Position numbers and translations under genes: made by a program. This document shows positions 34,652 to 40,000 of a DNA stretch of 40,000 bases, piece by piece. How positions within the stretch are numbered: the stretch's first letter is position 1; every line of letters starts with the position of its first letter. This stretch comes from an uncultured Actinomycetes bacterium (GTDB lineage Bacteria; Actinomycetota; Acidimicrobiia; IMCC26256; DASPTH01). Below the pieces are notes generated by a model. That model saw only the letters and a program-made list of their open reading frames with translations. It was not told where the DNA came from and searched no databases. The stretch covers positions 10,469 to 50,468 of the forward strand of contig CAWFWE010000002.1 of assembly GCA_963819475.1 (NCBI GenBank), written 5' to 3'.

Positions 34652-35821
34652 GTGGAGCGGTTCCGCATCGAGGTGGCCGATGCCGTGCTGGACGATCTCC
34701 GGCGTCGGCTCGACGGCTACCGCGGGATCGAGCGGGGCATCGTGAGCGACTGGTCGCACGGCGTGCCGACGGAGTTCCTCGATCGCCTGGTCGACCACTG
34801 GCGGACCGCGTACGACTGGCGGGCCGAGGAGGCGCGCCTGAACACGTGGAACCACTACCGCAGCGACATCGACGGCACCACGGTGCACTTCGTGCACGAA
34901 CCGGGGAAGGGTCCCGACCCACTCCCTCTCGTGTTGACCCACGGGTGGCCGTGGACGTTCGCGGACTACCGCGCGTTGGTCGGACCGCTCACGGACCCGG
35001 CCGCGTATGGCGGTGACTCGGCGGATGCCTTCGACGTCGTCATCCCGTCGCTGCCGGGGTTCGGGTTCTCGAACCCGGCACGGCCGGATCTGAACTTCTG
35101 GAAGGCGGCCGACCTGTGGGTTCGGTTGATGGTCGATCGACTCGGCTATGAGCGGTTCGCGGCGCACGGCTGCGACATGGGGGCGATGCTCACCGCGCAG
35201 CTCGCCCACGCGCACGCGGAGCGGCTCATCGGCATCCACACCGTGATCGCGATCCCGCCGATGGTGTTCTCGGTCGAGCGGCCGTGGGCCGACCTCATGG
35301 GTCGCGCGCTGGAGGGACTCGACGGTGCAGCACGCCAGGACGCGCTCGCACAGGAACGGCGGTACGCGGCGCACATCGGGGTCCAGTGCCTCTCACCGCT
35401 CACCCTCGCCCACGGTCTCCACGACTCGCCCGTCGGCCTGGCCGCCTGGCTCGTCGAGCCGCGGTACCGGTGGTCGGACTGTCATGGCGACGTCGAGTCG
35501 TGCTTCTCGCTCGACGACCTGATCACGACCGTCATGCTGTACTGGGTGACGCGCAGCATTCCGAGCGCGGTGGGCTTCTACTCCAACGCGTGGCGTGACC
35601 CGTGGCGGCCGGCGCACGACCGCATGCCCATGATGGAGGCGCCGACGGGCATCTCCTGGTTCGGTGCCGATCAGCAGCCGGCGGCGATGCAGGCCGCCGG
35701 CGTGCTCTACGACCTCAGGTACACTGGGACGCACGAACGGGGCGGGCACTTCGCGCCCGTCGAGCAGCCCGCCGCCGTCGTCGACGACATCCGCGCCACG
35801 TTCCGCACCATCCGCGCGTAG
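34652..35821 (+). CDS. Epoxide hydrolase (EHN N-terminal domain plus alpha/beta hydrolase fold)
   Basis: GTG at 34652. FRIEVADAVLDDLRRRL, HFVHEPG, THGWPWTF (HGWP motif) and IPSLPGFGFS. Confidence 0.8.
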   Translation: MERFRIEVADAVLDDLRRRLDGYRGIERGIVSDWSHGVPTEFLDRLVDHWRTAYDWRAEEARLNTWNHYRSDIDGTTVHFVHEPGKGPDPLPLVLTHGWPWTFADYRALVGPLTDPAAYGGDSADAFDVVIPSLPGFGFSNPARPDLNFWKAADLWVRLMVDRLGYERFAAHGCDMGAMLTAQLAHAHAERLIGIHTVIAIPPMVFSVERPWADLMGRALEGLDGAARQDALAQERRYAAHIGVQCLSPLTLAHGLHDSPVGLAAWLVEPRYRWSDCHGDVESCFSLDDLITTVMLYWVTRSIPSAVGFYSNAWRDPWRPAHDRMPMMEAPTGISWFGADQQPAAMQAAGVLYDLRYTGTHERGGHFAPVEQPAAVVDDIRATFRTIRA

Positions 35822-36106
35822 GAGGAGTCGTGGGTGTCCCGCGTGTCCGGCGGAGATGGGGTCGTGCCGCGGACGGAGGGCAGGTCTCGCCCGCAACACG
35901 ACCCCACGACTGTGATCAGCATCCACCCCGCGTCCAGTACCACCCGCGGGAACCGCGCGCCCGGCGCGACGTCGGCCAGCACCAGCTCGAGCAGGCGATG
36001 AACCACTGGCTGGAAGCGGGTGCCGCCCCGCTGCTGATCCACAGTGACGACGACTCGCTCACCCTGGTGCCGCGGTCGAGCGTCCTCTGGATCCGCGTCA
36101 CCGACC

Positions 36107-36142
36107 AACCTGCCTGAGCCCGGGCGACGGCTCAGGCAGGTT
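36107..36142. terminator. Perfect 14-bp-stem hairpin between convergent ORFs (candidate bidirectional terminator)
   Basis: aacctgcctgagcc-cgggcgac-ggctcaggcaggtt. It contains the TGA of a weak plus-strand ORF (36115-36117) and the stop of the VOC gene (36132-36134). Confidence 0.5.
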
Positions 36143-36497
36143 CCCAGAGCTGCACCGCGTTGCCCTCCGGGTCGACCAGGCTCGCGAACCGGCCGTTGGG
36201 GTACGACTCGTGGTCGACCTCGACCGCGATGCCCACGTAGCGGAGTTGGGCCACGATGGCGTCGAGGTCCCGGACGCGGAAGTTCACACCCCACGCGTGC
36301 GCCCCGAGTTGAGGGCTCTCCCAGTGCTGACGGCCGAACGGCGCGAACACCGTCGGCCCCGCGTCCTGGTACCAGGGGTCGTCCTCGTAGCTCTCGGGTG
36401 GGAAGCCGACGCCGAGGTGCTCGGCGTACCACGCCGCGAGCTCCTCGGGGTCGTCGGCGCGGAAGAAGAACCCGCCGATGCCGGTGACGCGCTCCAT
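36132..36497 (-). CDS. VOC family (glyoxalase / bleomycin-resistance fold) protein
   Basis: 121 aa starting at MERVTGIGGFFFRADDPEELAAWY and ending FASLVDPEGNAVQLWEP. This is the only convincing part of ORF 36132..37028. Confidence 0.8.
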   Translation of the reverse strand: MERVTGIGGFFFRADDPEELAAWYAEHLGVGFPPESYEDDPWYQDAGPTVFAPFGRQHWESPQLGAHAWGVNFRVRDLDAIVAQLRYVGIAVEVDHESYPNGRFASLVDPEGNAVQLWEPA

Positions 36498-36552
36498 GGC
36501 CGTGATTCTGCCGCACCCGTCGCGCCCGCGCCCGGGTGCTTGACTGCCGTCC

Positions 36553-37590
36553 GTGGAGCTGCGTGACGGCCGGGTCTGGCAGGGATCGAGCGCGTTCGCG
36601 GACCTCGAACCCGCGTCGGTCGACGGCATCGACGCGGTCGCGGTCCGGCCCCTCATCCCGGGGATCATGGACCGGGAGGTCGCGCGGGAGCTGGTGACCG
36701 CGCTGGCCCCGATCGACCGGCCGGTCGCGCTCGGCGACGAGCTCACGCGGACGGAGGCGAGGCTCGCGGGATGGACCGGGCCACTCCGCGCCCCTCTCAC
36801 GCCCGCCGGCCCGACGCCGCCCGGCGGTGCCGGGGTGGATCGGCGTCTCGCAGTGGTGCAGGACCTGCTCCCGGGGGTCGACGTCTGCCGCCGGGGGTTC
36901 GGTCGCAAGGCGTTGCACCTGCGCGCGGTCACAGCCGACGGCGGGTTCCGCATGCGGCTGAAGGCGCCCGATCGCAGCGACCTGATGTCCGAGGTCGTCG
37001 CCGCCGCGCTCGACACCGCGTTCGCCATCCGTCGCCGCTACGGGCGCATGGCCGCGGGTGTGCACACGATCACCATCGACGACGGCGCGGGCGGGATGGA
37101 CGACCACATGACGGCGGGGTCGACGCAAGGGGGTTCCGGCACCATCTACCTCGAGACCAGCCTGGCGTTCGCCGACGCGCTCTCCGCCGACCGGCTCCGT
37201 CGCGGTGGCCGCCGGGGGGTGTCGGCGGAGGTGCCCCGCCCCTGGTTCCACATCGACGGCGTCGTCGCCCACGAGATCTGGCACAACATGGATGCCACGG
37301 TGGCGACCACGCCGGGGGTGTACGTCGAGTTCAACCGCGCCCTCGGCGAGGAGCTCGGGGTGGAGACGTTCGAGCACGCGCTGCGCGGGCGCGACGCCGG
37401 CGCGCCCGAGCCGTGGCGCGCCGGCTTCCGTCGGATCGTCGGAGAGGTCTCGCCCTACGCGACGACGAACATGCGCGAGGCGACGGCCGAGCTGTTCAAG
37501 CTGTGGTGGTGCGCGTCGCCGCAATCGCCTCCGGCACCCCTGGTCGCCCGCTTCGGCGCCCTGCTCGACCGGTACTACCCACCGCGGTAG
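36553..37590 (+). CDS. Hypothetical protein with an HEXXH zinc-metalloprotease-like motif
   Basis: VVAHEIWHNMD and a downstream NMREATAELFKLWW suggest a metallopeptidase-like fold. I do not recognise the family. Confidence 0.45.
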   Translation: MELRDGRVWQGSSAFADLEPASVDGIDAVAVRPLIPGIMDREVARELVTALAPIDRPVALGDELTRTEARLAGWTGPLRAPLTPAGPTPPGGAGVDRRLAVVQDLLPGVDVCRRGFGRKALHLRAVTADGGFRMRLKAPDRSDLMSEVVAAALDTAFAIRRRYGRMAAGVHTITIDDGAGGMDDHMTAGSTQGGSGTIYLETSLAFADALSADRLRRGGRRGVSAEVPRPWFHIDGVVAHEIWHNMDATVATTPGVYVEFNRALGEELGVETFEHALRGRDAGAPEPWRAGFRRIVGEVSPYATTNMREATAELFKLWWCASPQSPPAPLVARFGALLDRYYPPR

Positions 37591-37591
37591 G

Positions 37592-38365
37592 TCAGCCCGC
37601 GCGGTCGGGCGGGCTCCACGCCGAGGGCGATCCGGTCTCGTTGGCCTCCTGCTGCTTCTGGTGGGCGACGAGCCGCATCGTCTCGCCGAAGCGGATGGCC
37701 TCCAGGCTCGACAGGTGCTGCGAGCGCACCGCGACCTCCTTGACGGCGCGCGCCGCCAACGGCGCCGCCCGGACGAGCCGCGCCGCCAACGCGCGCGCCT
37801 CGTCCATAAGGTCGTCGTGCGGCACGACCCATCCCGCCAGCCCGATCTCCTTGGCCCGCGCCGCGTCGATGCGCTCACCGGTGAGCAGGAGCTCCATGGC
37901 GTACTGCCAGTTCACCCGTTGCGGCAGCCGGATCGCGCCGACGATCGTGGGCGCGCCGATCAGCACCTCGGGGAAGCCGAACTCGGCCCGGTCGCTGGCG
38001 ATGACGAAGTCGCACCACGTCACGAGCGTGAGCCCGTACCCGAGGCAGTAGCCGTTCACCGCCGCGATCACCGGCTTGAAGATCTCCCAGCCGCTCTCGA
38101 ACGAGTTGATGGTCGGCTTCTCCCAGAACGTGCCCTCGAACTCGCCGATCGACCCGGCGCCGTCGCGCAGGTCGCCGCCGGCGCAGAAGGCGCGCCCCGC
38201 GCCGGTGACGATCGCCACCCAGGCGGCCTCGTCGTCACGGAAGCGGCTGAACGCGTCGTTGAGGCCGCGGCGCATGTCGGCGTTCACGGCGTTGAGCGCC
38301 TCGGGCCGGTGGTAGGTGATCGTGGCCACGTGCCCGTCGAGCTCGTAGTGGACCGCGTCGTTCAT
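37592..38365 (-). CDS. Enoyl-CoA hydratase/isomerase (crotonase) family protein
   Basis: ITYHRPEALNAV...IVTGAGRAFCAGGDL oxyanion-hole motif. Confidence 0.85.
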   Translation of the reverse strand: MNDAVHYELDGHVATITYHRPEALNAVNADMRRGLNDAFSRFRDDEAAWVAIVTGAGRAFCAGGDLRDGAGSIGEFEGTFWEKPTINSFESGWEIFKPVIAAVNGYCLGYGLTLVTWCDFVIASDRAEFGFPEVLIGAPTIVGAIRLPQRVNWQYAMELLLTGERIDAARAKEIGLAGWVVPHDDLMDEARALAARLVRAAPLAARAVKEVAVRSQHLSSLEAIRFGETMRLVAHQKQQEANETGSPSAWSPPDRAG

Positions 38366-38387
38366 CGTCGTCCTCCTCGAAGGACCG

Positions 38388-38741
38388 TCATGCGGGGAAC
38401 AGCAGCCCGAGCACGAACGCGGCGAGCCCGATCGCGGTCACGGCCATCGCCACCGGCAACAGGTCCGACGCTGACGCAGCCCGGAGGGCGCGATCGGGCG
38501 CCAGCCGACGGCGCGCGTGCCATCCGGCGACCACGTAGCTGACCACGCCGAGCCCGAGGATCACCGCGCCGACCGCGATGTCGGTGCGTGAGAAATTCTG
38601 CAGCGTGAGCCCGCGCATGATCACGAGCCCGCAGGCGATCAACGCGAGCCCACACCGGTTCCAGGCCAGGTCGGTGCGCTCGTCGGCGAGCACGGCGCCG
38701 GAGGGCGGCCGGCGACGCGGCGCGGCGCCGTCGGCCGTCAT
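38388..38741 (-). CDS. DUF202 (YidH-like) membrane protein
   Basis: Start at MTADGAAP (ATG at 38741), overlapping the upstream stop. ERTDLAWNRCGLALIACG motif and three hydrophobic helices. Confidence 0.6.
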   Translation of the reverse strand: MTADGAAPRRRPPSGAVLADERTDLAWNRCGLALIACGLVIMRGLTLQNFSRTDIAVGAVILGLGVVSYVVAGWHARRRLAPDRALRAASASDLLPVAMAVTAIGLAAFVLGLLFPA

Positions 38742-39136
38742 CCCGAGCCCTCCACGATCACCAGCACGAAGCCCAGGATCGCGACCACCGCCACCACGAT
38801 CGCGACGACGAGCGGCAACCAGGAGCGGGGGAGCGGCCGGTCGTGCCGCATCGCCTCCTGGTTGTGGTGCCACTCCCAGTAGCTCACCGCCGCGATCACC
38901 ACGCCCAGCGCGATGAGCGGCAGGCCGAGGAGCCGTCGGCCCCCCGGGAAGTCGAAGGAGGGCAGGAGCTGGGTGATCGCCAGGCCGGCGGTGATGAGGC
39001 CGAGCGCGGTGCGTTCCCAGGCCAGGAACGTGCGCTCGTTCGCGAACGACAGCTGGAGGTCGGGCTCGCGGCCCTCGGGGTCGGCCGCCTCGCGGGCCCG
39101 TCGGTGGGTGAACCCGGTGCCATGGGCGCTCATCAT
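38738..39136 (-). CDS. DUF202 (YidH-like) membrane protein
   Basis: FANERTFLAWERTALGLITAG motif plus hydrophobic helices. Start taken at MMSAHG (39136); the ORF extends to 39205. Confidence 0.6.
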   Translation of the reverse strand: MMSAHGTGFTHRRAREAADPEGREPDLQLSFANERTFLAWERTALGLITAGLAITQLLPSFDFPGGRRLLGLPLIALGVVIAAVSYWEWHHNQEAMRHDRPLPRSWLPLVVAIVVAVVAILGFVLVIVEGSG

Positions 39137-39185
39137 GGCCCACGGCCCGCGCGTGGCGTCGACGGCGCGGGGTAGCGTCACGCCC

Positions 39186-40000
39186 GTGAGCGAGATCGTC
39201 GTCAATGGGACCGGTGGCGCGGCCGTCAGCGGCGCGGTGGCGGTGGTGGCGGAGGGCGTCGAACGGGGCCTCCATCTCGGTGCGCAGGTCTACGCCTCGG
39301 TCGACGGCAAGGTCGTCGCCGATCTCGGGATCGGCGACGCGCGGGCCGGCGTGCCGATGACGCCCGACTCGATGGTCGTGTGGTTCTCGATGACCAAGCC
39401 CAGCGTGGCGGTCGCGGTGGCACAGCAGTGGGAGCGGGGCGCGCTCGAGCTCGACGACCGCGTCGCCGAGCACCTCCCCGAGTTCGCGACGCACGGCAAG
39501 GACGAGATCACGATCCGGCACCTGCTCACGCACACCGCCGGTATCCGCACCGGCGACGCGGTCACGAGCACCGCGCCGGGCACCGCCTACTGGGACGAGG
39601 TCGTCGCCGGCATCTGCGCGATCGAGCGCGAGCCCGACTGGGTCCCGGGTGCGCGGGCCGGGTACCACCTCAGCTGCGGGATGACCCTGCTCGCCGAGAT
39701 CGTGCACCGCTGCGACGGGCGCCGCTTCGAGCAGTACGTGCGCGACGAGGTGTTCGAGCCGCTCGGCATGGCCGACTGCTGGGTGGGCATGCCGGCCGAC
39801 CGGGTCGCGATGTACGGCGACCGCCTCGGCACCATGCACAACACCGCGTCGGGCACCGCGCTGCCGCTCGACCACTTCGACTCGTCCGACTTCCTCCGGC
39901 TCTGCATCCCCGGAGGTGGTGGACGCGGCCCGGTCCGGCAGCTGGCGCGCCTCTACGAGGCTCTGCTCGGGCGCGGCGCGCTCGAGGGTCACCGTGTCCT
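39186..40000 (+). CDS. Beta-lactamase-family serine hydrolase (3' end outside the window)
   Basis: Read by hand, as it is absent from the ORF track because it runs off the window. VSEIVVNG...VVWFSMTKPSVAVAV (SxxK), ITIRHLLTHTAGI. GTG at 39186; alternative in-frame starts at 39135 and 39153. Confidence 0.7.
   Translation, partial: MSEIVVNGTGGAAVSGAVAVVAEGVERGLHLGAQVYASVDGKVVADLGIGDARAGVPMTPDSMVVWFSMTKPSVAVAVAQQWERGALELDDRVAEHLPEFATHGKDEITIRHLLTHTAGIRTGDAVTSTAPGTAYWDEVVAGICAIEREPDWVPGARAGYHLSCGMTLLAEIVHRCDGRRFEQYVRDEVFEPLGMADCWVGMPADRVAMYGDRLGTMHNTASGTALPLDHFDSSDFLRLCIPGGGGRGPVRQLARLYEALLGRGALEGHRV

Overview
High-GC, actinobacterial-type chromosomal segment. G+C was judged by eye, and no searches were possible. 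All protein calls rest on motifs I recognise in the supplied translations.

(1) Positions 1-9.8 kb are a conserved housekeeping block: tyrA (partial), aroA, cmk, plsC, ispH, a PDZ/DUF512 radical-SAM-like gene, der, a TadE-like/TadG-like pair and a small zinc-ribbon protein. The block ends in tRNA-Pro(GGG).

(2) About 20 kb of acquired DNA runs from the anticodon loop of that tRNA (9847) to a displaced, slightly degenerate copy of the tRNA 3' end (30278-30321). It has two parts.
- (a) An apparently intact 6.3-kb integrative element bounded by perfect 44-nt direct repeats. Its layout resembles a phage-inducible chromosomal island (PICI): int and an HTH gene leftward; xis, a P-loop ATPase, a single HK97-type major capsid gene, a small coupled ORF and a lipoprotein rightward. 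It has no portal, protease, terminase or tail genes. This is my best candidate for a novel system, a capsid-encoding phage-satellite-like element.
- (b) A roughly 14-kb decayed island. It holds integrase fragments and four IS insertions, each with an intact target-site duplication: one IS256-family element, two near-identical copies of a second IS256-family element, and an IS3-family element nested in the terminal repeat of one of those copies. It also holds disrupted hydrolase genes and cargo genes (ABM, GrpB, a DyP-like protein, a SnoaL-like protein).

(3) Positions 30.3-40 kb return to ordinary metabolic genes: GMC oxidoreductase, lepB, hemerythrin, LLM oxidoreductase, epoxide hydrolase, VOC, an HEXXH protein, crotonase, a DUF202 pair and a beta-lactamase-family hydrolase.

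Several conserved genes (aroA, and DUF512 twice) carry apparent single-base frameshifts. These need read-level verification.
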